Shown here one piece after another: positions 1 to 8,394 of a DNA stretch of 64,000 bases. The position numbers and the translations under genes were made by a program. This DNA comes from an uncultured Ruminiclostridium sp. (GTDB lineage: Bacteria > Bacillota > Clostridia > Oscillospirales > Oscillospiraceae). Under the pieces are notes generated by a model. That model ran no database searches. It saw only the letters and a program-made list of their open reading frames with translations, and was not told the DNA's origin. Each line of letters opens with the position of its first letter. Position 1 is the stretch's first letter. Location: the NCBI GenBank assembly GCA_964420085.1, contig CAYQRI010000001.1, positions 31,372-95,371 of the forward strand. The letters run 5' to 3'.

Positions 1-285
1 CCCTAAGTTTAGCCCCAGTATCTTGTCATTATCTTGTGCCTTTGCAGAGAGAATCAGAATGGGAATATCACTTTTCTTTCGAATCTCCTGCGTGACAGTC
101 AAGCCATCCAGTTTTGGCATCATGATATCCAAAATAGCCATATCGGGTCTGTATTCAGAAGCAGCAGCCAGTGCTTCCTCTCCGTCAGCGGCTTCGATTA
201 CGCAAAAGCCCTCCCCTTCTAAATAAAGCTTGAGAATTTTTCGGATATCCAATGCATCCTCCGCAATCAAAATGGTTTGCTTCAT
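1..285 (-). CDS. OmpR-type response regulator, receiver domain (partial; runs off the window start)
   Basis: Not in the ORF track. Manual translation from ATG at 285 gives MKQTILIAEDALDIRKILKLYLEGEGF...PDMAILDIMMPKLDGLTVTQEIRKKSDIPILILSAK, with the acidic pocket, phospho-Asp DIMMP and SAK motifs. Confidence 0.9.
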   Translation of the reverse strand, partial: MKQTILIAEDALDIRKILKLYLEGEGFCVIEAADGEEALAAASEYRPDMAILDIMMPKLDGLTVTQEIRKKSDIPILILSAKAQDNDKILGLNLG

Positions 286-453
286 ATAGTCACCACCGTT
301 TCTATTTTATAAACGAATATCGAATACTGCGGATAGTATATCGTTTTCTTGGCTTGAATGCAAGCGGGCGTGTAGATCATAACCCCATCCTGCATGACAA
401 AAAGAAAAAAAATATGGTCTGCGAACCGTATGAATTCGGGTCGCAGACCATAC

Positions 454-1176
454 TTATATGGTTTGTTTGGCAGTACAATAGATTGTTCCAACCTGTGGTG
501 TTGTCCCCTCAAGCTCCAAAAGGGATTCCACCGTCACAAAGGTATAGCCCTGTTTCTGAAGCGTGTCAATGATCTTCAAGGCAGCCGTTACAGTCTCGGG
601 GTATATATCATGCATCAATATGATGTCCCCCGGCTCGACTGCCGACAATACAGCCTCTACATCCGCTGCTACATTTTGCTTTTTCCAATCCTCAGGGTCT
701 ACCGACCATTTGATGGCGGGCGTACAGAAAATCTGACGCTGTCTATCCGTGATAGCCCCATAAGGCGGACGAACCCAATAGTCCCCCGCTCCCAGCAAAT
801 TTGTCAAGGCAGCATCCGTCCGTTGAAGCTCTTCCTCTGCTACCGAAAGACTCACCTCTTGCAAGTTCACATGGCTCCATGTGTGGTTTCCAATTTGGTG
901 TCCGTCCTCCTTCATGCGAAGTACCAACGATTCATTGCCCTCAATCAGCTCGCCGATCAGAAAAAATGTGGCATTAACACCCCGTTCATTCAGCCCGTCC
1001 AGCAGCTTGCCTGTTGTCTGTGCCGATGGTCCATCATCAAAGGTCAGAGAGATATATTTTTCTTCTCCTGCCTGGATTTGTGCAGGCGCAGCTGCGGTTA
1101 CCACGTCATTCGATTTTACTGCCGTAACCAGCAGCACGGCACAAATGCCCAAAATAACAAACTGTATTCGTTTCAT
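454..1176 (-). CDS. Polysaccharide/peptidoglycan deacetylase (NodB/CE4), exported
   Basis: N-terminal hydrophobic signal/anchor; CE4 motifs TFDDGP, HTWSH, RPPYG, WSVDPEDW, ILMHD. Confidence 0.9.
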   Translation of the reverse strand: MKRIQFVILGICAVLLVTAVKSNDVVTAAAPAQIQAGEEKYISLTFDDGPSAQTTGKLLDGLNERGVNATFFLIGELIEGNESLVLRMKEDGHQIGNHTWSHVNLQEVSLSVAEEELQRTDAALTNLLGAGDYWVRPPYGAITDRQRQIFCTPAIKWSVDPEDWKKQNVAADVEAVLSAVEPGDIILMHDIYPETVTAALKIIDTLQKQGYTFVTVESLLELEGTTPQVGTIYCTAKQTI

Positions 1177-1235
1177 TCAATCATCCCCAGCGTAGTATAC
1201 CCCACATATGCCGTTTGATTCTTCCTCCATATTTT

Positions 1236-2195
1236 TCAAAAATCACACTTTAAAATTAGTTCCTCCATCGAAGCCGCCGACTGGCTATATTGCTTGATAT
1301 TCTGCCCTGCAAATGCAGTAGCATCCTCTGCGGTAACCGTGTATTCCTGCTTTCCCATCTCGGTTTGATACTCCCATGTGACGTAACTCAGGTTATCAAT
1401 GGCTGCAAGCATTGCATAGGAATTTTGCGCCATGTTCTGCTGCTCCAACTTCACGTTTTCCGCCTGAATAGGCATTTCCAAATGCAGAGTCCAGCCGTAT
1501 GGCTCCCGAGAGGTCTGCAATTCATTGGTATAGGCGCCAAATTGCCCCCCAATGTTGAGGATGGACGCTATTTCTGCATTAGACGACATATCTCCTATAT
1601 AGGGATTCTTTGCCGAAAAAAGCTGAGCGGCTTTGGGACTGATTTCTACGCCATCTTCCCAGATGATCCAATCCCCCACCCTCACTTGTGTAATGGTACT
1701 GTCTGCGCTATACGTCTGACTAAACTCTCCTTGATTAAAAAAAGTCTTCAGTGCAGTATATACTTGAATCTGCACCACGCCGTTTGAATCCGAAACGGTC
1801 ACACGAGAAACACCCAATCCACTGCTGGTAAGTCTGCCTCCTATCGTAAGCGTATCTCCCGAAACCCTAACCTGGCTGGCAACCTCAGAAGCACCCACCG
1901 CAGTTCCCAGATAAAAAAATCGGTAAGAAAAAATCGCCACACACGCGATCATCAACACGACGCCAAACAGAAGGGCTTTGCCCGTCGAACGGCGCCGTAC
2001 CTTTTTGAGATAGTCTACCTCCGTTTGCGGCACACTCGTCGGCTCCGGTTCTCGCATCCGCCGAAGTGCCTCGTTGCAGTCTGTACAAGCTTCCAGATGG
2101 GTCTCTATGGCCTGATTGCTCACATCACTTGTTAATCCGTCTACATAGGATGGAAGCAGGTCTTGCACGACTGCACAGTTTAATTTATTCTCCAT
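1236..2195 (-). CDS. Anti-sigma factor: zf-HC2 zinc finger, TM helix and DUF4825-like extracellular domain
   Basis: C..VQDLLPSYVDG...HLEACTDC (HxxxCxxC); one TM segment; C-terminal LFSAKNPYIGDMS...YTNELQTSREPYGWTL; overlaps the sigma gene by 11 nt. Confidence 0.8.
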   Translation of the reverse strand: MENKLNCAVVQDLLPSYVDGLTSDVSNQAIETHLEACTDCNEALRRMREPEPTSVPQTEVDYLKKVRRRSTGKALLFGVVLMIACVAIFSYRFFYLGTAVGASEVASQVRVSGDTLTIGGRLTSSGLGVSRVTVSDSNGVVQIQVYTALKTFFNQGEFSQTYSADSTITQVRVGDWIIWEDGVEISPKAAQLFSAKNPYIGDMSSNAEIASILNIGGQFGAYTNELQTSREPYGWTLHLEMPIQAENVKLEQQNMAQNSYAMLAAIDNLSYVTWEYQTEMGKQEYTVTAEDATAFAGQNIKQYSQSAASMEELILKCDF

Positions 2196-2667
2196 CTGAT
2201 TTCAGCTCCTTTTTCAATTTTTCCTTCCCACGATAAAATGTAACTCTGGCCCAGTTCTCTCCCTTGGATAGAATCTCGCCAATTTCTCGGAAACTCAAAT
2301 TTCCAAACAAGCGCAGATACATCACCTCCCGCATCGTTTCATTCAAATGATGCAGCTTTCTAAAAAGCTCCAACTGAGAAAGGTTTGTCAGCACCTCTGT
2401 TTCCGGAGAGGCAGAGGATATGCCGCTTGTCTCCCATTCCTCGCAATCGGGGTGTTTGCGACGGTAGCTATAGCATACATTTTTCGCAATGGCACAAAGC
2501 CAAGTAGAAACCTTGCAGCGACCGTCGAAACGTGCAATCCCCTTTACCGCCTGATAAAATGTTTCCTGCGTCAATTCCTCCGATAGATCTGCATCGTGCG
2601 TCAGGGAGAGAAGGTAGCGGTATACCGTCTGTGCGTGCGTGTGGTAGATTTCTTCCATCGAGATCAT
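2185..2667 (-). CDS. ECF-type RNA polymerase sigma factor
   Basis: AEDL-like LSEELTQETFYQAV, STWLCAIAKN and region 4 LSFREIGEIL. Start moved to MISMEEIY (2667), behind an AGGAGG RBS. Confidence 0.9.
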   Translation of the reverse strand: MISMEEIYHTHAQTVYRYLLSLTHDADLSEELTQETFYQAVKGIARFDGRCKVSTWLCAIAKNVCYSYRRKHPDCEEWETSGISSASPETEVLTNLSQLELFRKLHHLNETMREVMYLRLFGNLSFREIGEILSKGENWARVTFYRGKEKLKKELKSDGE

Positions 2668-2749
2668 CCAGCCACCTCCTTTCATTCTTCTTTCTATTGG
2701 TGCTAAAATCACTCCATTCGTTACCGCTCCATCCCTATTTTTTTTATTT

Positions 2750-4297
2750 TTACCATTCTCCCGTCTTTTCGTAAATACAGTTTCCCGCATGGTAGGTTCT
2801 CAGAATCCTTAGCTCCTTCAGCGCCTCCTCTGCCACCGTAAGTGGATTTTTATTTAAGATCACAAAGTCTGCCCTCTTGCCCGGTGCAATACTGCCCTTG
2901 GTGCGTTCTTCCCCGTATTGATAGGCTGCATGGATGGTAACTGCACGGAGGGCCTCAAGCACCGATATGCGTTGATTTCCCCCCAACAAAACGCCTGCCT
3001 TTGTTTTTCTGTTGACCGCACACCAAACGGTGTGAAGCATATCCGGTGCAACAACAGGGGTATCTTGATGGAAGGTAAATCGAATGCCCTCCTCAAGGGC
3101 ACTTTTGGTGGGGCTAATTTGTGAGGCACGCTCGAATCCAAAATTTTCAATGTGTGTATCGCCCCAATAATAGCAATGCGCCACAAAAAATGAGGGAAGG
3201 ATTCCAAGCTTTTTAACCCGCTTCAATTGATCCACGGATAGAAGCTGCGCATGAATCATGACCGGCCGAATGCTTGCAAGACTATGCTGCCGGGCAATTT
3301 TTTCAGCACAGGTCAAAAATTGTTCTGTGGCAGCGTCGCCGTTACAGTGCGCAAGCAGTTGCCGCCCGTCTCTGACTGCCTTTTGAAGGGATGCTAAGAC
3401 TTGCTCGTCCGACAGATACTGGATTCCAAACTCATCGGTCGAACCCACATAAGGCGTTTTCATCCATGCCGTTCTTCCTTGGGGCGAGCCATCCAGAATG
3501 ATTTTATAGCCGCCCAACCGAACATGGTGGACATAGCCATTGGTATTTTCTGGAAAAGTCTCGTAGAATTTGTCTGCCGTAGCAATTTCCGCATAGCCCA
3601 CAACGTCTAAGTTGAGTGCTCCTTTTTCCAGCAGCAAGCGGTAGCTTGGCAGCATTTCAGGAACCATCATCCCCTCTTGAATCGTGGTGATCCCATATGA
3701 CGCATAGTGTGCCATTGCCTTTTGGTATGACTGCAAGAGCTGCTCCGGCTTTGGCATGGGCACTTGTTTGATCGCCGCAATATAGTCACTCTCCTCCAGA
3801 TAGCCATCTTGATCCTTTGACTGCCCCTCCAGTGTGGCAAGTGCCGTAGAATTAAACACGCCAAAATGTCCCGATTGATGCTGTAGCACCACCGCAATCT
3901 CTGGAAACCACGCATCCAGCCCCTGTTTTGTCGGATGCTGTTTCTCAAGGAGTGCGTTGTGATCATAGCCACTGGCGATAATCCACTGACCTGTTTTTAT
4001 CTGATTTGTTTTCGCAAATCGAAGGAGCCTCTCTTTGATTTCCTCCAACGAGGTGGTTCCCTCCAGCGGAACCTGCAAAAGGGAGTTGGCATAAGAGGAA
4101 AGGTGGCTATGTGCATCCAGAAAGGCGGGCAGCATGGTTCTTCCACATAAATCAACTCGTTCAGCCTGTGCCTGATAGGCAAGCATTTCCTGCTCGCTCC
4201 CAACCTTTTTTATGATGCCATTTTCCACTAAGACCGCTTGCGCTTCTCTCTCGTCCTCCATCGTCAAAATTGTACCACCGTAAAATATTGTTTTCAT
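2750..4297 (-). CDS. Amidohydrolase family 3 (YtcJ-like) metallohydrolase
   Basis: PAFLDAHSH, KIILDGS, AHCNGDAA, IHAQ, FHQDTPV and GSIAPGKRADFVIL motifs. Confidence 0.85.
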   Translation of the reverse strand: MKTIFYGGTILTMEDEREAQAVLVENGIIKKVGSEQEMLAYQAQAERVDLCGRTMLPAFLDAHSHLSSYANSLLQVPLEGTTSLEEIKERLLRFAKTNQIKTGQWIIASGYDHNALLEKQHPTKQGLDAWFPEIAVVLQHQSGHFGVFNSTALATLEGQSKDQDGYLEESDYIAAIKQVPMPKPEQLLQSYQKAMAHYASYGITTIQEGMMVPEMLPSYRLLLEKGALNLDVVGYAEIATADKFYETFPENTNGYVHHVRLGGYKIILDGSPQGRTAWMKTPYVGSTDEFGIQYLSDEQVLASLQKAVRDGRQLLAHCNGDAATEQFLTCAEKIARQHSLASIRPVMIHAQLLSVDQLKRVKKLGILPSFFVAHCYYWGDTHIENFGFERASQISPTKSALEEGIRFTFHQDTPVVAPDMLHTVWCAVNRKTKAGVLLGGNQRISVLEALRAVTIHAAYQYGEERTKGSIAPGKRADFVILNKNPLTVAEEALKELRILRTYHAGNCIYEKTGEW

Positions 4298-4506
4298 GCT
4301 TCCAGCACGCCCTTTCCTTTTGTCTGTTATATTTCAACCTTCCTAAGGCTTATGAAAGGATTTGATTGATGCCGCTTTTACAGTTTACCATAATTTTGTT
4401 GCATTTATCCATCCAGAAAAATAAGCAGAGGCACGACCAAAAGGTCATGCCCCTGCCGAAATCATACAATCGCTTATTTGATTTGTGCCATTGGCCTTCC
4501 GCTCTC

Positions 4507-5346
4507 TTATTCAGGATTTCTGTTGTTGATCTCCAGTGAAAAGTCCGTCTTCATTTCCTTGGACGCTTCGTCTTCTCTAAAGACCACTGTAGGCACTGCC
4601 GCTGCGGAAATCTGATCGCAATACATCAGGGTGATAGAATGTGCGAGATCCGATGCATAGGCCAGGGTGATGGAGCCGTCGCCCACGGGGACTTGGTTTA
4701 CAACCTTTAATTCCACCTGATAGAGTGGACCGACAAGGACCGGAAATACCACGTCTGCGGTCACTCTGCCGGTGAAGCCGTCCTCGACGGTAAAGCTACC
4801 GACGCTCGTTCCGTTGATCACCAGTTCCCATTCGACATACGCACCTGGGGCGAGCACATTGGAAACTACGTCAATGTCCAAAACGGCACGGTTGATGACT
4901 TCATTTGCAGCAAATTTCTGGCTGACACTGTCCCCACGGGCAGCAGACCAGAACCAGCCAACCTCGACCCCGTTCAGAAAACCGACCGACGAAATGACGG
5001 TAGATTCCTCAGATGGGAACTCATATCTTGTTGCTTTGCAGCCTTCCGAGATTGCCGCCACATCTTCCAGCTTCATTTGAAGCAGCATCTCCTTCTGAAT
5101 GACGTGCTTCATGGTTTGCTGAACCGACTTGTTGACATTCAACAAATCCTGCATCGTAGGTGCAGGCTCGAGCTTCCTTTGTTCGGGAATCGTACCCAGC
5201 ACATACTGGATTTTTTCTGCCTCGGCATTGATCAAATGGGATAAACCCAATTCTTCAAAGGCGATGGAGGCAAACAACAGATTTTTAGATGCCTCACGGC
5301 TAACCGTAATCGAGGGTGTCACATCGGGTATATTAGGAAAAGACAT
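4507..5346 (-). CDS. Spore-surface fibre-like paralogue A: helical core plus beta-rich C-terminal domain
   Basis: Residues 1-~97 align by eye with the genes at 5448-6233 and 6367-6777, followed by ~145 aa rich in V/G/S/T. GGAGAGG RBS. Family assignment is inferred. Confidence 0.6.
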   Translation of the reverse strand: MSFPNIPDVTPSITVSREASKNLLFASIAFEELGLSHLINAEAEKIQYVLGTIPEQRKLEPAPTMQDLLNVNKSVQQTMKHVIQKEMLLQMKLEDVAAISEGCKATRYEFPSEESTVISSVGFLNGVEVGWFWSAARGDSVSQKFAANEVINRAVLDIDVVSNVLAPGAYVEWELVINGTSVGSFTVEDGFTGRVTADVVFPVLVGPLYQVELKVVNQVPVGDGSITLAYASDLAHSITLMYCDQISAAAVPTVVFREDEASKEMKTDFSLEINNRNPE

Positions 5347-5389
5347 AGAAACCTCTCCAGAATTTATTTGCCGGCTGAGCCGACCACCA

Positions 5390-5418
5390 CATCATATGCC
5401 GATTTTGGTCAAACCGTG
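5390..5418 (-). promoter_or_regulatory. sigmaK-like promoter for paralogue A
   Basis: Minus strand CACG-N16-CATATGATG, ~45 nt upstream of the start; consensus mACm-N16-CATAnnnT(A). Confidence 0.55.
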
Positions 5419-5447
5419 TATAGTTCCGCATTCCTTTCCTCCATATG

Positions 5448-6233
5448 CTATCCTACACATCCACACGAACAGTCGATACTGATCTTAAATTTGTCCTCCG
5501 TGACTGCAACAAAACCGCTGTCATGGTTCAGCAATGGCTCACACGAATGGAGAATCGCCTGGAATCCTGTTCTAAATGCACCGTCCCAAATTGTGATACA
5601 AAAATCCACCCTTCCCGTCATGTTCTGCCCACAGCGATTGGGTCTTACTGCTTCTCCGCTTCCTGTGATTGTCATGCCGGAGAGTTCACCTTGGCAAAAT
5701 GGCTGCACGCAAAGACTGTGCTTGTATGCCTTCATTGTGATTGACGAGTCTGAGTCCTTTGCCGTATAGCAGAGGAAATTGTCGTTTCGCTTGCTGCTTT
5801 GGAAAATACAGAGGGACAGCATCGCCTCTAGGCACGACAAGCCATCACATGAACAGCAGGTACAGCCGCAGGCTCTGCCAACCACACAGCACCCACCCTG
5901 CGGGGGGGGACAGGGTGGGGCAGGCGGTGGAGAGGGCGGCTGAGGGGGAAGCATTTTCTCGACCTTCTCCAGCTTAAATTGTAACAGCATTTGCAGCTTA
6001 ATCATATTTATAATGGTAGAGTTTACGCTCTCATTAACGGATAGCAGATCATCGTCATGACAGCGGCCACAGCCCTGTTTTTTTGTTACATACTTAATTT
6101 TTTCCGATTCGGCGTCCATCAGTTTTGAAAGACTGATCTCCTCCATCGCAATCGAGGTGAGCAGTAAATTGACGGCGTCCTCAAATGAAACGTCAATATC
6201 CGGCGTAATATCCGGGATGTTTGGCATTGACAA
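5448..6233 (-). CDS. Spore-surface fibre-like paralogue B: helical core, Pro linker and Cys-rich domain
   Basis: MSMPNIPDITP...SIAMEEISLSKLMDAESEKIKY...LQMLLQFKLEKV core, PPQPPSPPPAPPCPPP linker, ~21 Cys in 261 aa; AAGGAGAG RBS. Confidence 0.6.
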   Translation of the reverse strand: MSMPNIPDITPDIDVSFEDAVNLLLTSIAMEEISLSKLMDAESEKIKYVTKKQGCGRCHDDDLLSVNESVNSTIINMIKLQMLLQFKLEKVEKMLPPQPPSPPPAPPCPPPQGGCCVVGRACGCTCCSCDGLSCLEAMLSLCIFQSSKRNDNFLCYTAKDSDSSITMKAYKHSLCVQPFCQGELSGMTITGSGEAVRPNRCGQNMTGRVDFCITIWDGAFRTGFQAILHSCEPLLNHDSGFVAVTEDKFKISIDCSCGCVG

Positions 6234-6256
6234 CTTAATCTCTCCTTAACCTTATT

Positions 6257-6285
6257 CACACCTACATTCCGTAGGTCATATGCTA
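6257..6285 (+). promoter_or_regulatory. sigmaK-like promoter (rightward)
   Basis: CACA(6257-6260)-N16-CATATGCTA(6277-6285), a full match to mACm-N16-CATAnnnTA. Confidence 0.7.
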
Positions 6286-6312
6286 TTTTATGACAGGATC
6301 TATATAGGTGTG
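6284..6312 (-). promoter_or_regulatory. sigmaK-like promoter (leftward)
   Basis: Minus strand CACA(6312-6309)-N16-CATAAAATA(6292-6284), a full consensus match. Confidence 0.7.
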
Positions 6313-6366
6313 ATTTGTCATGCCTTTTTGTTCCTTGTCAAAATTAAACTTTGAAAGGGTTGGCAG

Positions 6367-6777
6367 ATGATGTCTATGCCAAATATTCCGAATGTAGACG
6401 CTGAAATCAGCATCGACAAAGAAAATTCCATGCATCTTCTCTTGGCTTCCATTGCCTTTGAGGAATTGGCACAAGCCCATCTTATCAATGCAGAAGCTGA
6501 AAAAATCCAATATGCTCTCGGCACGCTTGGGGATTCCAAGCCATCCGTTCCCACCACTCTCACTGAACTCTTGGATATAAACCAAAGTGCGTCACAAATG
6601 CTGAAGTATGTCATAAAAAATCAAATGCTGCTATTGTTTAAATTGGAGGACATTTTGGCGCATTCCGATTTAAACATTTATAAAAATACCGCTGTTGTAA
6701 CCGCATTTTTTAGAGAGGAAGCATTATCCGAAAGCGACATTGCCTATTATCACACGAAAGGAGCCGTTTTAGTATGA
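6367..6777 (+). CDS. Spore-surface fibre-like paralogue C: helical core with short tail
   Basis: MSMPNIPNV...SIAFEELAQAHLINAEAEKIQYALGT...LLDINQS...NQMLLLFKLEDI; start may be 6370. Confidence 0.65.
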   Translation: MMSMPNIPNVDAEISIDKENSMHLLLASIAFEELAQAHLINAEAEKIQYALGTLGDSKPSVPTTLTELLDINQSASQMLKYVIKNQMLLLFKLEDILAHSDLNIYKNTAVVTAFFREEALSESDIAYYHTKGAVLV

Positions 6778-8276
6778 TCCTCATTGGTGGCGTGAATATG
6801 GGCGATTTGCCCAACTATTTGTTTTTCTTCTCCAATGGAAGTATCGCCGCAGACTGGATGGATGCAAAGCATGGGTATCTCGGTGACGTAGCGGTAAACG
6901 GTTTGACCGCAAAGTTGCACACCAATGCCGGCATTCCCTATGGCGGCACCATATACACCAATGATACAACGCTTGGCGATTGGCAGGATATTGTGGACGC
7001 AAATCCTGGTCAGGCCTTTTCATCTCTGAATCAGACCGCCCGAATTTCTGGACTGCACGCAGATTTGGTGACCGCCCTCCAGCAAATCAATGCATTGCCT
7101 GTAACCGTTGGATATGAAAGCCGAAGTTCGGGGTCTCTGGATGGACTAAACACCCAAAACGGAATCAATGAGGTATTCGTCATTAATATCACCTCTGGTT
7201 TTGATGTATCGAATCCCATCAATATCACAGGAGATGCCGGGGATGTGTATATCCTGCGCTGGGATGAGGATGCAAACCCAACCAACGGGTATGGGGGGCG
7301 TGTTCGTTTCCGTCAAGGCGGTGCCATTGTCCCACACGGTGGTCTCATCCCGACAAACTTCATCAACGTGGCGGGACAACTGGATTCTGCCGGCGGGGGC
7401 AGCACACCTGCTATGCCCTATCCGCAAGGTCCCAGATACAGCGACGGCTTGGGCACACTGATTGTCGGCGGCAGCGACTGGACCAGCGGCGGCTTCTTCA
7501 CTGGTTATTGGCTGACAACCGGCAAGCCTACCACGCTCGATCCTGAAACTGGTCTTTATTATGGCGTCACATCCTCCTTGGGTAACTGCACCGTTGTGGG
7601 TGGGTGGTATACACTGACCACACAGTTCCTGCTGACTGCACAGTCGGGCGGTGTTCACGTTTCCCCGAATCCGGCGACCTCTCCGCTTCCACAGCTTAGC
7701 CTCAAAAAATTTGTCTCACTCGATGACGGCATAACCTGGATTTCTGCCCCAACGCCTCCCGGTCCCACCATCCCCTCTTATGTTACACCTAAGTTTAAGG
7801 TTTTGGTGCGCAATTCGGGAAACGTTCCGCTTTATGACATCCAGATTGAAGACGATGTATTCGGCCCTATTTCCCTTGTCCCTGATATGATGCCCGATCA
7901 GGCTCTGTCGTTCATTTTTTATGGGGCATGGGTCGAAGGTGCCCACCAAAACACGGCAACCGCCGTTGGAACCTTTGAGGAAGAAACGGTCTTTGCTCAG
8001 GATAGCGCTAACTATCTCGGTGTGAGAGAAACCCCGGCCATTTCACTGAAAAAATATGTGTCTGTGGATCACGGTGCAACATGGCTTGATGCCAACACCC
8101 CGCCAGGACCACTCCTTCCGGAAGGTGTGACCCCGCAATTCAAGTATGTGGTCAAAAACGTGGGCGATGTCGTGCTCTCCAATATCACGGTAACCGATGA
8201 TGTTCTTGGCGAAATCGCAGCACTGGATAACCTTTCACCCGGTGAAACCAAAGCTTGGATCTTATCTGCACTTTAA
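6774..8276 (+). CDS. Gly/Thr/Asn-rich 500-aa protein with ~1.5 C-terminal Ig-like (DUF11/DUF7507-like) repeats
   Basis: ATGA overlap with paralogue C. Repeats LSLKKFVSLDDGITW...FKVLVRNSGNVPLYDIQIEDDVFG and ISLKKYVSVDHGATW...FKYVVKNVGDVVLSNITVTDDVLG. No obvious signal peptide. Confidence 0.6.
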   Translation: MILIGGVNMGDLPNYLFFFSNGSIAADWMDAKHGYLGDVAVNGLTAKLHTNAGIPYGGTIYTNDTTLGDWQDIVDANPGQAFSSLNQTARISGLHADLVTALQQINALPVTVGYESRSSGSLDGLNTQNGINEVFVINITSGFDVSNPINITGDAGDVYILRWDEDANPTNGYGGRVRFRQGGAIVPHGGLIPTNFINVAGQLDSAGGGSTPAMPYPQGPRYSDGLGTLIVGGSDWTSGGFFTGYWLTTGKPTTLDPETGLYYGVTSSLGNCTVVGGWYTLTTQFLLTAQSGGVHVSPNPATSPLPQLSLKKFVSLDDGITWISAPTPPGPTIPSYVTPKFKVLVRNSGNVPLYDIQIEDDVFGPISLVPDMMPDQALSFIFYGAWVEGAHQNTATAVGTFEEETVFAQDSANYLGVRETPAISLKKYVSVDHGATWLDANTPPGPLLPEGVTPQFKYVVKNVGDVVLSNITVTDDVLGEIAALDNLSPGETKAWILSAL

Positions 8277-8302
8277 TACTATCCAAAGGATGCGTTTTTT
8301 GT

Positions 8303-8330
8303 CGATGCACTCCTCTTAAGGGGAGTGCAT
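8303..8330. terminator. Hairpin after the 6367-8276 operon
   Basis: GATGCACTCC-tcttaagg-GGAGTGCATC inverted repeat. Confidence 0.6.
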
Positions 8331-8394
8331 CGTTCACAGGTACCTTTTTCGCAAAATAACGGTTCACGATCAACCAAACCTACAACCTAATGAC

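Noticed and set aside
5442-5450. Plus-strand CATATGCTA identical to the sigmaK -10 at 6277
   Set aside because: No AC-type -35 at 16-17 nt, no downstream plus-strand gene, and it coincides with paralogue B's stop codon.
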